DNA of 29,277 nt. Source: a virus (lineage: Duplodnaviria; Caudoviricetes). A program made the position numbers and the translations under genes. The stretch is from positions 1-29,277 of the IMG/VR virus record IMGVR_UViG_3300020016_000034; one strand, given 5' to 3'. Position 1 is the stretch's first letter. Every line of letters starts with the position of its first letter. The notes under the pieces were generated by a model. That model searched no databases, was not told the DNA's origin, and was given only the letters and a program-made list of their open reading frames with translations. This document shows, piece by piece, positions 7,362-15,721 of the stretch.

Positions 7362-8149
7362 CTCCCCCGCCCTCTCCAGAGGCGCTGATCCAGCGGCTAC
7401 GCGCGCTGAGTGGTGTGTTTGCTTCCGTGGCTGAACATCTGGCGGGTCTGACATCTGATGCCAGGCTTGAATACGGCCGGAACGAGCTACTAGCTTGGGA
7501 GCGCGATGGGGCACTGCTGATGACGGAGGCCGCCGATGCGCTCTCCTCATCCCAAGAGGCGCTCCGAGCCAAGGATCAAGAAATCCAAGAATGGCGAACT
7601 CGTTGTTGGAAGGCGAGAGATACGAAGCCCTGCGAAGTATGCGAATGGCCGCAACCGATCGACAACGAACACTTCATTTGCGAGTGCTGCGGATTCCAAC
7701 CGGGTTACGACAGACCAGAATCGTTTACGTGGAATGGCGAGTGGTGGGCTGGCTGGAAAGAGGATAAACCGCCGCGTATTGTGCGACAACTCACGGAGGC
7801 GCTCCGAGCCGCCGAGTCGAAGCGAGACGAGCACTGGGAGGACCTTGCCGAGGTCGCGAAATACGAAGCTGCCGAATCAGCCCTCCAGGCCAAAGAGCAG
7901 GATGTCGACAGACTTTGTCGGCTGACTGAGGAATGGGAAGCGAAGGGTGCTGAATGGGTCAGTGCGCTCCAGGCCAAAGAGCAGGAGATCGCTCGTCTGC
8001 GAGCCGCGTTGAAGGCAGTCGAATGCACGGCTCGTAAGGATTGCTGGTGCGATCGATCCTGGGACGCATTCCAGTACGGCCATCAACGCAAGTGCCAATT
8101 TGCCAATGAAGTGCTCGCGCTGGCCTCGTCAGGAGCTGAGACGCCGTGA
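7358..8149 (+). CDS. Mosaic coiled-coil/Zn-finger accessory protein (Ea22/ead-like architecture)
   Basis: Repeated EALRA and SALQAKEQ coiled-coil units separate a CEVC..CECCGF module and a CWCDR..GH..C module. Confidence 0.7.
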   Translation: MTPPPSPEALIQRLRALSGVFASVAEHLAGLTSDARLEYGRNELLAWERDGALLMTEAADALSSSQEALRAKDQEIQEWRTRCWKARDTKPCEVCEWPQPIDNEHFICECCGFQPGYDRPESFTWNGEWWAGWKEDKPPRIVRQLTEALRAAESKRDEHWEDLAEVAKYEAAESALQAKEQDVDRLCRLTEEWEAKGAEWVSALQAKEQEIARLRAALKAVECTARKDCWCDRSWDAFQYGHQRKCQFANEVLALASSGAETP

Positions 8150-8316
8150 CGGAGCGGCGCTGTCTGACGCCGCGCGAATACGCGGACGAACGCCGCATTA
8201 GCCGCAAGACCGTCTATCGCCAGATCCGCGCGGGGACCGTGCCGGCTGAACGCATCGGCCGGCAGTGGCGCATCTACGTGCATGTGCGCCCGTCTGCCGG
8301 CCTGAGTGCGGTCTAA
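8146..8316 (+). CDS. Excisionase/MerR-like winged-HTH DNA-binding protein (56 aa, absent from ORF track)
   Basis: Manual translation MTERRCLTPREYADERRISRKTVYRQIRAGTVPAERIGRQWRI matches the HTH_17 pattern; GTGA overlap. Confidence 0.85.
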   Translation: MTERRCLTPREYADERRISRKTVYRQIRAGTVPAERIGRQWRIYVHVRPSAGLSAV

Positions 8317-8450
8317 TCCAGCCCCTTCGCGATGTAGCGCCGAATCAGCTCGAGCACGACCCAGCGGAGGGACACACCCTCCGCTGCCGCGCGGGACTTG
8401 AACGCGCGCCAGAGTTCGGCATCGACGTTGCGGAGAATGAAACTAGCCAC
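8313..8450 (-). CDS. Ribbon-helix-helix (Arc/FitA-like) regulator (45 aa, absent from ORF track)
   Basis: Manual translation MASFILRNVDAELWRAFKSRAAAEGVSLRWVVLELIRRYIAKGLD. Confidence 0.8.
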   Translation of the reverse strand: MASFILRNVDAELWRAFKSRAAAEGVSLRWVVLELIRRYIAKGLD

Positions 8451-8694
8451 GGGTCACAGCTCCGTCATCGACGAACACGAAGCAATAGCCACGTTTTGTG
8501 GCCCCGCCTGCCAGAGCGCCCGTCCATTGCATTTTGACGCAGAGGGCCTGTGCGGCCTTCCGGTGCACCGCTTCGCCGCTCAGTTCGTGCGGGTAGGGAA
8601 TGGTCACGCGGTTGCCGTCCAGGTCACTGGCGACGATGCGCGACCCGCGCCGATCCGTGGCCCCGAGATAGTGCGTGGAAATCGCTTTCATCAT
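8443..8694 (-). CDS. Small phage hypothetical protein
   Basis: MMKAISTHYLGATDRRGSRIVA...GYCFVF resembles a recurrent phage family; overlaps both neighbours. Confidence 0.7.
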   Translation of the reverse strand: MMKAISTHYLGATDRRGSRIVASDLDGNRVTIPYPHELSGEAVHRKAAQALCVKMQWTGALAGGATKRGYCFVFVDDGAVTRG

Positions 8695-9011
8695 GCGGCC
8701 TCTTGGTTTCGCTGAGTTGAATCGGTACGGAGCCGACGTTCCCGTGCGGCCTGACAGAGCGCCCAATATTGCCGTTTCGATTCCGGGCTCGCTTTGCCGT
8801 TCAGGCACTCGACCTGTTCGAGCAGGGCCAGCCAGTCGCCTTCGTCCGCTCGCCCGGCTGCGAGTCGAACATGGAAGCGGATATCTTCGACGTGCGCGGT
8901 CTTCGCGTAGTAGGCGCGCAGTTCTGCGTCCGTCATCTCGGAAAGCGGTTTGCTCGGCGTGACCGCTTTCGGTTTGGGATACGCGCGTCCGCAGCAGGGG
9001 CAGGCGTTCAT
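8691..9011 (-). CDS. Hypothetical phage protein
   Basis: MNACPCCGR start with ATGA coupling. Confidence 0.6.
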   Translation of the reverse strand: MNACPCCGRAYPKPKAVTPSKPLSEMTDAELRAYYAKTAHVEDIRFHVRLAAGRADEGDWLALLEQVECLNGKASPESKRQYWALCQAARERRLRTDSTQRNQEAA

Positions 9012-9391
9012 CGCGCACCCTCTCGGGTCTGCTGAACGAAGCGCACAGCGGTCTGAAGCGGGCCGAGAGCGGTCAGCATCCATGAGGGGAGTTCACGAAA
9101 CCGCGCAAACACATCTTCGAGGTATTCGGCGCGAATCGATGGAGACTGGCCCGGCGCAGTAAATGTAGTTACGAGAATGCCTCCGTGTGCTCTGTTCACT
9201 CGGTAGGCATCGAACCTGTAGCGGCCATACTGACACGGCGCAGGCTCAGCGGCTTTCGCGGTCGCGTCGGGGCGTTCGCAGGCGACACATTGCAGGGCCA
9301 CTAGGAACACACCATTGGCACGGTCGAGCGAGTCACAACGGGTCTGGAGTTCGGCGTAGGTTGCCTTACGTGGTCGGAATGATTTTGCCAT
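9008..9391 (-). CDS. Hypothetical phage protein
   Basis: 127-aa ORF coupled to the downstream gene. Confidence 0.6.
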   Translation of the reverse strand: MAKSFRPRKATYAELQTRCDSLDRANGVFLVALQCVACERPDATAKAAEPAPCQYGRYRFDAYRVNRAHGGILVTTFTAPGQSPSIRAEYLEDVFARFRELPSWMLTALGPLQTAVRFVQQTREGAR

Positions 9392-9595
9392 CTGCTTGCA
9401 TCCTTTCGAGGACAGCGTGATTTAGGTTTCCGAGTGTTAGTAGTCGTTCCAATCGTCTTCTGCCGTGCGCTGTCGCATGGGCGTCGGAGAGTTGCGGTCT
9501 AGCGTAGAGTTGTAGGTCGTTCGCTCTGTTCGTGGCGTCGCCAAGTGATCGCAGCTCGGCCTGTTCGGGGCAGAGCGAGCTGGTTCGGGCATGGT

Positions 9596-9802
9596 CTACG
9601 CCTCCCCCTGCAACCGGTCGATGAGCGCCCGAGCGTTGTCCAGCGCCTTCGGCATCTCCGTCAGCTTGCCGTTTCGATCTTCAAGCCCGGCCGCTCCAAC
9701 GAGGTAGCGCAGCGCGTCCAACAGATCGGGAGCCGCCGCCACGAGGCGAGCGTTCGCGGCAGGCGCGATGCCCAGTCCGTGTCGATTTGTTTGCTTCATC
9801 AT
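9596..9802 (-). CDS. Small phage protein with ANARLxAAAPDLLxAL motif
   Basis: AGGAG SD before MMKQ; the motif is common in phage early small proteins; first gene after the leftward promoter. Confidence 0.7.
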   Translation of the reverse strand: MMKQTNRHGLGIAPAANARLVAAAPDLLDALRYLVGAAGLEDRNGKLTEMPKALDNARALIDRLQGEA

Positions 9803-9869
9803 CGCGTTTCGCTCCTGTGTTCCGGTTGCCATGGGGTTGTTCAGGTCAGCGTGATTGCCGATAACAATG

Positions 9870-9897
9870 ATTATAAAGATGTCTCTTAGGATGTCAA
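9870..9897 (-). promoter_or_regulatory. Consensus sigma70 promoter of the leftward operon
   Basis: Minus strand TTGACA-16 bp-TATAAT in an AT-rich patch; overlapped by a GACATC direct repeat. Confidence 0.85.
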
Positions 9898-9928
9898 GCG
9901 GTATCTGCACTTCTTTTCAAGAAATCGA

Positions 9929-9968
9929 TGGGACAGGATGCCCCACAGTGCCCCAGAGTGGGCCATGA
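9929..9968 (+). repeat. Four 10-bp-phased imperfect direct repeats
   Basis: TGGGACAGGA / TGCCCCACAG / TGCCCCAGAG / TGGGCCATGA. Confidence 0.6.
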
Positions 9969-9998
9969 AAAACGCAAAATCAACAAGTTAGGCGCAGA

Positions 9999-10193
9999 AT
10001 GCTTGACACGATCGAGCATGATTCGATTCACCGACGCCCTTGCTGCTTATGCGGTCTGTTCGTCGACCATCGACTGAAGCCGAAGTCTCGAGCTCGCCAG
10101 GCGTACTGGCTGCGTCACAACCTGGACGGAACCCCGCACCTATGCCAGCTTCGACGGACACCGATTCGCCCGTCGCTGAAACCGACGCGCTAA
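9999..10193 (+). CDS. Small Zn-finger-like phage protein
   Basis: CCLCG...W..HNLDGTPHLC motif. Confidence 0.45.
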   Translation: MLDTIEHDSIHRRPCCLCGLFVDHRLKPKSRARQAYWLRHNLDGTPHLCQLRRTPIRPSLKPTR

Positions 10194-10207
10194 CGCATAG
10201 GCCGAAG

Positions 10208-10570
10208 ATGGCTCGTCTCACCGACGAGCAAAAGGTCGCCATCCTCCAACTTGACAAACTCGGCAAAGAACAACTCGAAATTGCTCAACTGGTTGGCTGT
10301 CATCAGTCGAGCGTCTCGAGATGGCTCAGTCAATTCGTTGACACCTCACACGCCGCAAGAGCATACGCCCTCGGCAACGCCCTTCCGACGATGGAATCGG
10401 TACTTCGGTACGGCAAAGCTGCTGATAAGGTCAACGTACTCAAGGGGATAGGCGTTCTCACCGAGCAACAGAACACAGGACTGACCATTCAGATCGGCGG
10501 TACGGGTGATCTCAAGGTCGCCGTCCTGCTTTCGCCACACACAAGTACACCTCAGGGCGAAAGTGAGTGA
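10208..10570 (+). CDS. HTH protein, putative terminase small subunit (alternative start 10142)
   Basis: RLTDEQK..I..L..GKEQLEIAQLVGCHQSSVSRWL HTH, helical core and C-terminal beta strand LTIQIG; lies upstream of terL. Confidence 0.55.
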   Translation: MARLTDEQKVAILQLDKLGKEQLEIAQLVGCHQSSVSRWLSQFVDTSHAARAYALGNALPTMESVLRYGKAADKVNVLKGIGVLTEQQNTGLTIQIGGTGDLKVAVLLSPHTSTPQGESE

Positions 10571-10591
10571 GATTGCTCAAGTACAGACGCG

Positions 10592-10619
10592 GTGTCTGAT
10601 AAGCAATCTTATGTTAACT
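10592..10619 (+). other. dif-like XerC/XerD recombination site
   Basis: GTGTCTGATAA-GCAATC-TTATGTTAACT has 11-6-11 architecture; right arm is 10/11 identical to the E. coli XerD arm TTATGTTAAAT. Confidence 0.8.
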
Positions 10620-10786
10620 CGACTAAGTACCTGAGTACGACGGACTTAGAGAGAAGTACACGAAGGTCTTCGTACATCGACGTCGAGCGACGAAGGAGCG
10701 AAGACACGCCCGGCTTCCGGCTTCCGGCGGACGACCCCGGCGAGGGACCCAGCCGGGAGCTGACGAGGGATTTGTTGAGTTTCTGA

Positions 10787-11059
10787 ATGTTGTTCACGCG
10801 CCAGATCCGAACGCGGCTATCGGGGCTGGCGCTCCTACTCGGGGCGCTGGCCCTGTTCATCTTTGGGGTTGCCGCATTGCAGGCCTCCCCACGTTCGACA
10901 ATCGTTCAGCGGTGGGTCTTTGGTTTCACTGCTCTTTTTTACGGGCTCTGTCTGAGTCTGAGGGACGCCACTAAGGGGCGTATTGGTGTCTTGGCTTACG
11001 TTGGGTTTTGCTTGATGGCTGTCGGTCTGGCCCTGATGATGGTCGGCGCGAAACATTGA
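10787..11059 (+). CDS. Small membrane protein (about 3 TM helices), moron-like
   Basis: Three hydrophobic segments; T-rich codon usage unlike the flanking genes. Confidence 0.6.
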   Translation: MLFTRQIRTRLSGLALLLGALALFIFGVAALQASPRSTIVQRWVFGFTALFYGLCLSLRDATKGRIGVLAYVGFCLMAVGLALMMVGAKH

Positions 11060-11390
11060 GGCGCATGAGATGAATCCAGCCAGTGCGATAACCCAAATGC
11101 CGGATTTCCACATTCTGGTTCGGAGTGGGTGACATGGAACAGCTTCCATTACCAGTTAGGGATTCGCACGTGCTCGATCCGGCCGAATCTCGGCCGGCGA
11201 CGGTGGTCAAGACGAGAGCAGGGCGAATACGCACGGCTGAGGTAGTTGACTACGGTCGAATCCAGATACCGGCGCCTCGGGTGTGGGGGGTGCGGCCTGT
11301 GGGGGCGGTGGTCACAGGAGCGACGTCGACGTAGAGCACAGATGAGCTGAACGATGCACTGTCAGGCGGGGGCGAGACAGGGAGCGACCG

Positions 11391-11576
11391 ATGAAGCCCG
11401 ATCTGCGGTCGGTGCTGGCGAAGGTGATCCCGGTCGAGGCGCGGCTGATTGAGCTCACGGACGAGCCGAACGACAGCCGGGACGCCGACCGGCTCGAGCC
11501 GGAGCCGAGTCTCGAGCTGGCGCAGCGGATTGCGCGGGCGGAGGTCTCATGGCTGAGAGCGTGGCTGGCGCGATGA
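11391..11576 (+). CDS. Hypothetical protein
   Basis: GGGAG SD; 61-aa ORF. Confidence 0.5.
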   Translation: MKPDLRSVLAKVIPVEARLIELTDEPNDSRDADRLEPEPSLELAQRIARAEVSWLRAWLAR

Positions 11577-11759
11577 CCCGGCGGCCCGCCCGGCGCCGCG
11601 GTCGTGGTGGCAGTGTCCGGACACGGCCTTTGCGGTCACGGCGGCGGCGGAAGCGCCCAAGATGCACGCGCGGACGCCGCCGCGGGAACAAGAGCAGGCG
11701 TGGGCCGACGAGATGGCCCAGTTGAGCGCCACGACCCGTGAGCAGATGCGCGGACCGCA

Positions 11760-13349
11760 ATGAGCGACCTCGCGACCGATCCGATCGGGACGCCGCACGA
11801 GACGGCCACGTGCGCGTGGTGCCCGTCGCCGCTGGTCGTCGCGGAGGTCGAACGCACGCGCGCCTGGGTCTGTCCGACCGACTGGGCGCGACAGACGGCA
11901 CACGCGATCTTTAGTGTGCGCAAAGGCGTCCGGACGTGTCACTACGTCCCGCTCCCGAGCCAGTGTCTGCTCTATGAGACGCCCGCGCGCTACGTGCTCT
12001 GGGGCGGACAGGCGGGGCCGGGCAAGTCGCACGGCGTGCGCTGGTGGCTCTACGACCGAAGCCTCCAGACGCCCGGACACGAAGCGCTCCTCTTGCGCGA
12101 GAACTGGGACCAACTCGATGTGACGCACCTCCGCAAGATGGAACACGAGGTGCCACAGCTTGGCGGGCGGTTCTTCAAGAGCGACCGGAAAGTCGTCTTC
12201 GGGAAGGGCAGCGACGAGTCCATCATCGATGCCGGCCACATGGCCGAAGAAGGAGCCGTCACGCGGTACTTGTCGACGGAATACGGGGCGATTGTCGCCG
12301 ACGAAGCGAGTCTCTATCCGGTCGCGCCCGATGGCACGACGCCGCTGGCGGAGCTCTCGACGCGCGCCCGCAAGGTCTACACCGACCGATCGGGCAACCG
12401 CGTGCCCCCGCGATTTATCCCGGTGACGAATCCCGGCGGGCCGTCCGGCGACTGGCTCCGGTCGATGTTCATCCGCCACGAACCCGACCTCGGGCTCTAT
12501 CCGCAACTCCGCACGAAGTATCACCCCGACGAGTGGGTGTACCTCCCGGCTCGCCTCGACGACAACCCGTACATGGACCCCGCCTATGCGGATTCGCTCG
12601 CCGTCCTCCGAGGCTGGCGCTACCAACAGATGCGTCTCGGCGATTGGGATGTGTTTCCCGGCCAGTTCTTCGAGGAATGGGACCCCAGTGTGCACGTCAA
12701 AGACCAAATGGTCGATCCACGACGTATTGACCATTTCGTCTCGATGGACTGGGGCCACGCGGCGCCCGGCTGTTTTCTCTGGTGGGCCTGTCTGCCCGAC
12801 GGGAGGTATCACATCACCCATGAGTGGAAATTCCATCGCCTCGCGGACCAAGACATCGCGGCGGGCTTCCATCAAAGGAACAAAACGTACGGCATCGAAA
12901 AAGTCCGCTACGTGGTCGTCGACCCCAGCCTTGGCAACAAGGATGGTCGGGGCGACAGTCGTCATGGACAATCGCGTGCGGAAACTCTCCGCCGTTTGGG
13001 ACTCAACATCCGGTTGGGTGATAACGACCGACCCGCCGGATGGGCTCGTATCCGCGCATTACTTCGAGGGCACCGCGGAGAGCCACCGCACCTTACCGTT
13101 GCCCCTGACTGCACGTACCTGATTCGCTCGCTCCCGGCGCAGAAGTCTGACCCGCACGACCTCGAAGATATCGACACCGGCGGCGATGACCACGCCGCCG
13201 ACACCCTCCGCTACGGCGCGATGAGCCGGCCGGCGCCGACGACGCACTACGCCCCGACCGTGAAGCTGCACCCGCTGCTCGAAGAGGCGCTCGCCGCCTC
13301 CCGCGCGGGGGTGACGCTCGGGTCCGAGTCCATGCGGAGGCACACATGA
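11760..13349 (+). CDS. terL: Terminase large subunit
   Basis: Walker A GGQAGPGKS, Walker B IVADEA, motif III TNPGG, nuclease motifs SMDWG and DDHAADTLRY. Confidence 0.95.
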   Translation: MSDLATDPIGTPHETATCAWCPSPLVVAEVERTRAWVCPTDWARQTAHAIFSVRKGVRTCHYVPLPSQCLLYETPARYVLWGGQAGPGKSHGVRWWLYDRSLQTPGHEALLLRENWDQLDVTHLRKMEHEVPQLGGRFFKSDRKVVFGKGSDESIIDAGHMAEEGAVTRYLSTEYGAIVADEASLYPVAPDGTTPLAELSTRARKVYTDRSGNRVPPRFIPVTNPGGPSGDWLRSMFIRHEPDLGLYPQLRTKYHPDEWVYLPARLDDNPYMDPAYADSLAVLRGWRYQQMRLGDWDVFPGQFFEEWDPSVHVKDQMVDPRRIDHFVSMDWGHAAPGCFLWWACLPDGRYHITHEWKFHRLADQDIAAGFHQRNKTYGIEKVRYVVVDPSLGNKDGRGDSRHGQSRAETLRRLGLNIRLGDNDRPAGWARIRALLRGHRGEPPHLTVAPDCTYLIRSLPAQKSDPHDLEDIDTGGDDHAADTLRYGAMSRPAPTTHYAPTVKLHPLLEEALAASRAGVTLGSESMRRHT

Positions 13350-15445
13350 TGCCGCTCCCCGGCTCGGCGCCCGTCCCGCCGCAGGGGCCCACGGCCCCAG
13401 CCGCGAAGCCCCCGCCGAAAGAGCAGCGGCTGACGCCCGATCAGGCGTCCGCGTGGCGGCGTCGCATTAAAGCCGCGCTCGAGGCCACGAAACCCGCGCT
13501 CGACGAAGGCAAAAAGAACATCGACCGCTACAACGCGCAGCACCTGGGGACCGTCACCGACAAGACCGTCGCCGTGCCGACGGACTTCTATTACATCGAA
13601 CAGAAGAAACCGCAGCTCTTCTACCGCCTGCCCGACGTCTATCTGAAGGCGCTTCAGCCCGGGCTCGACGACGGCGGGGTCATCTTCCAGGCCGCGCTCA
13701 ACAGCAAGATCGGCCCGGCGGGCGTCAACGTGCTCCCGAAGGTGCAAGAGGTCCTCTTCGATGTCATCTGTGCGACCGGCTTCGGCGCCTTGAAGGTGGG
13801 CTATGAACCGATCATTGACGGTACCAAGCCATTCGAGGTTTCACCGGCCTCTCAAGATCCGCTTACGGGAGCGCCAGTTGAAGCGGTGGTGGAGGAGGTC
13901 CCGAACATTATCGCCTCGCGCTACTTCATCGAACGCGGCGCCCCCGGTGACCTCATCGTACCGGCCGATTTCAGCGGCTCCGACTTCGATGACGCGGCGT
14001 ACCTCGGCATTCGCTTCCGCGAAGACCTCCCCGACGGCGAGGTCCAAGGCAAAACGAGCGAGCAGGACGACGACCGCCGACTGACGCCGCTCCCCGATGC
14101 CGGGAAGACCGCCCGCCGCCATCAGCGCATCGGGACAGAACTCTTCTTCAAGGCCCGTACGTTCGGCTTCGCCAAGCATCCCGACGCGATCTGGACGTTC
14201 ACGCTCTACGATGACGACCCGGACAGCACGCCGGTGACGGTCAAGCCCTGCCCCTATCAGAAGACGAATCCGCAGACCGGACGGCTGGAGGGGATGGTCG
14301 GCTTCCCGATCGTGCCGCTGACGACGCGCTACGTCTCCGATACCTGGATGGCCCGCTCCGACTGTTCGATGGCGCAGAACTCCGCGACCGAACTCTCGAC
14401 CGGCCGGACCCAGATGATCCAGTACCGCGACCGCAACATGCCGCAGTGGGGCTTCGACACGACGCGCGTCGATGCCGATATCCAGGCCAAGATCGCGCGC
14501 AACGAATCGATGGCCGGGATCGGCTTCAACGGGCCGGGCGCGGATGCGACGTGGCCGATCGTCAAGGGTCAGATGTCGCGGGAGAATTTCTCGTTCAACG
14601 ATTACATTCAGCAAGACCTCAATCGGATCTGGGGCATCACCGATCAGGGCACCAGCGCACGCGCCGAATCCGCCAAGACCGCGACCGAGATTCAGACCTC
14701 GGAAGCCGCCAGTAAGACGCGCATGGAAGCCGAACGCGCGAAGGTCGTCGACTGGTACTTGAAGGTCGTCGCGAAATTCGGGGCCCTGCTCCAGATGTTC
14801 GCGGACGAAACCGAATACGTCGAACTCGTCGGCCAGGACGCCCAGCGCCTGAAGAACATCCCGCCCGAGATTCAACAGCAGGCGGCGGCGGACCCCCAGG
14901 CGAAGCTCCTCGTGCCGTGGACGAAGGACGAAATTTTCGGCCGCTACAGCTTCCAGGTGAAGCCGGACAGCCAGCTCCACACCGACGTGACACAGGAACG
15001 CGAGCAGTGGTTGAAATTCTTCAACTTTCTGGCGAATGAGCCGACCTGCAACCGCACGGAGCTCACCCGCGAGGGGATGAAGCTCTTTCACTACGACCCC
15101 GTGCGGTTCACGCAACCACCGCCCGAGCACAAGCCCGAGCCGCCAAAACTCTCGCTCGCGTTCACAGGCGAGGATTTCGTCGCCCCGCAGGCGCCGATCA
15201 TGATCGAGCTCGCCGCGCAGCTCGGCCTGAAGATTTCGCCCGAAGCGATCTTGCAGTCGCAGCAGATGCTGCTCCAGGCCGAGCAGATCGCCGCGCAGCA
15301 GCAGGTGGAAGCGAACGCGCAGACCGAGCACGGGGGCGCGGCGAAGGAAGCGCCGAAGATCAATAAGCATCCGACCGAGGCGACCGGCGGGATGCAGGGC
15401 AGTGGAGCGCCCGCGCCGCTCGGACCTGGGAGCACGATCCAGTGA
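13346..15445 (+). CDS. Portal protein
   Basis: 699 aa, coupled to terL; SAKTATEI motif and Q-rich C-terminal helix as in P22-like portals. Confidence 0.85.
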   Translation: MMPLPGSAPVPPQGPTAPAAKPPPKEQRLTPDQASAWRRRIKAALEATKPALDEGKKNIDRYNAQHLGTVTDKTVAVPTDFYYIEQKKPQLFYRLPDVYLKALQPGLDDGGVIFQAALNSKIGPAGVNVLPKVQEVLFDVICATGFGALKVGYEPIIDGTKPFEVSPASQDPLTGAPVEAVVEEVPNIIASRYFIERGAPGDLIVPADFSGSDFDDAAYLGIRFREDLPDGEVQGKTSEQDDDRRLTPLPDAGKTARRHQRIGTELFFKARTFGFAKHPDAIWTFTLYDDDPDSTPVTVKPCPYQKTNPQTGRLEGMVGFPIVPLTTRYVSDTWMARSDCSMAQNSATELSTGRTQMIQYRDRNMPQWGFDTTRVDADIQAKIARNESMAGIGFNGPGADATWPIVKGQMSRENFSFNDYIQQDLNRIWGITDQGTSARAESAKTATEIQTSEAASKTRMEAERAKVVDWYLKVVAKFGALLQMFADETEYVELVGQDAQRLKNIPPEIQQQAAADPQAKLLVPWTKDEIFGRYSFQVKPDSQLHTDVTQEREQWLKFFNFLANEPTCNRTELTREGMKLFHYDPVRFTQPPPEHKPEPPKLSLAFTGEDFVAPQAPIMIELAAQLGLKISPEAILQSQQMLLQAEQIAAQQQVEANAQTEHGGAAKEAPKINKHPTEATGGMQGSGAPAPLGPGSTIQ

Positions 15446-15708
15446 AGCAGCGGTACACGATCTGCGGCGTGCTCGATTGGGACTTGCTCGAACGCCGCGT
15501 GAGATTTGTGGAGCTGGAACACAACTACGCCGTCGAGATCGATTGGGTGCTCCGAGCCGCGTACGCCTACACCTACGTGGACGCCGGAGGGAACACAGTT
15601 ACGGCGACGGCTCCGGCGGGCACCATCGTCAGTGAAGATCGCCATGTGATTCTCAAGGATTATTCGGAAGTGGCGACGGCGATTCTCGGTCATACCGGCG
15701 GTTCATAA
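15442..15708 (+). CDS. Hypothetical protein
   Basis: GTGA overlap with the portal gene; 88 aa. Confidence 0.55.
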   Translation: MKQRYTICGVLDWDLLERRVRFVELEHNYAVEIDWVLRAAYAYTYVDAGGNTVTATAPAGTIVSEDRHVILKDYSEVATAILGHTGGS

Positions 15709-15721
15709 CAGGAGTCAGTCG

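Noticed and set aside
8146-8316. Xis-like gene as proof of an integrase/att module here
   Set aside because: No integrase or att core duplication in the window; this fold is also used for transcription regulation
9437-9592. Short minus-strand ORF MPEPARSAP...DDWNDY inside the inverted operon
   Set aside because: It fits the gap but is low-complexity with no motif support, so it was not called
11081-11108. CAGTGCGATAA as a partner dif site flanking the membrane gene
   Set aside because: Only a XerC-like half is present; no TTAT-type right arm after a 6-bp spacer
11279-11311. G-rich tract as a G-quadruplex or genome terminus
   Set aside because: Only three clear G runs of 3 or more in a high-GC genome; no independent support
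11547-15370. Long antisense ORFs 11547-12971 and 13841-15370 (and similar ones opposite later structural genes)
   Set aside because: Shadows of terL, portal and other clear + strand genes in GC-rich DNA
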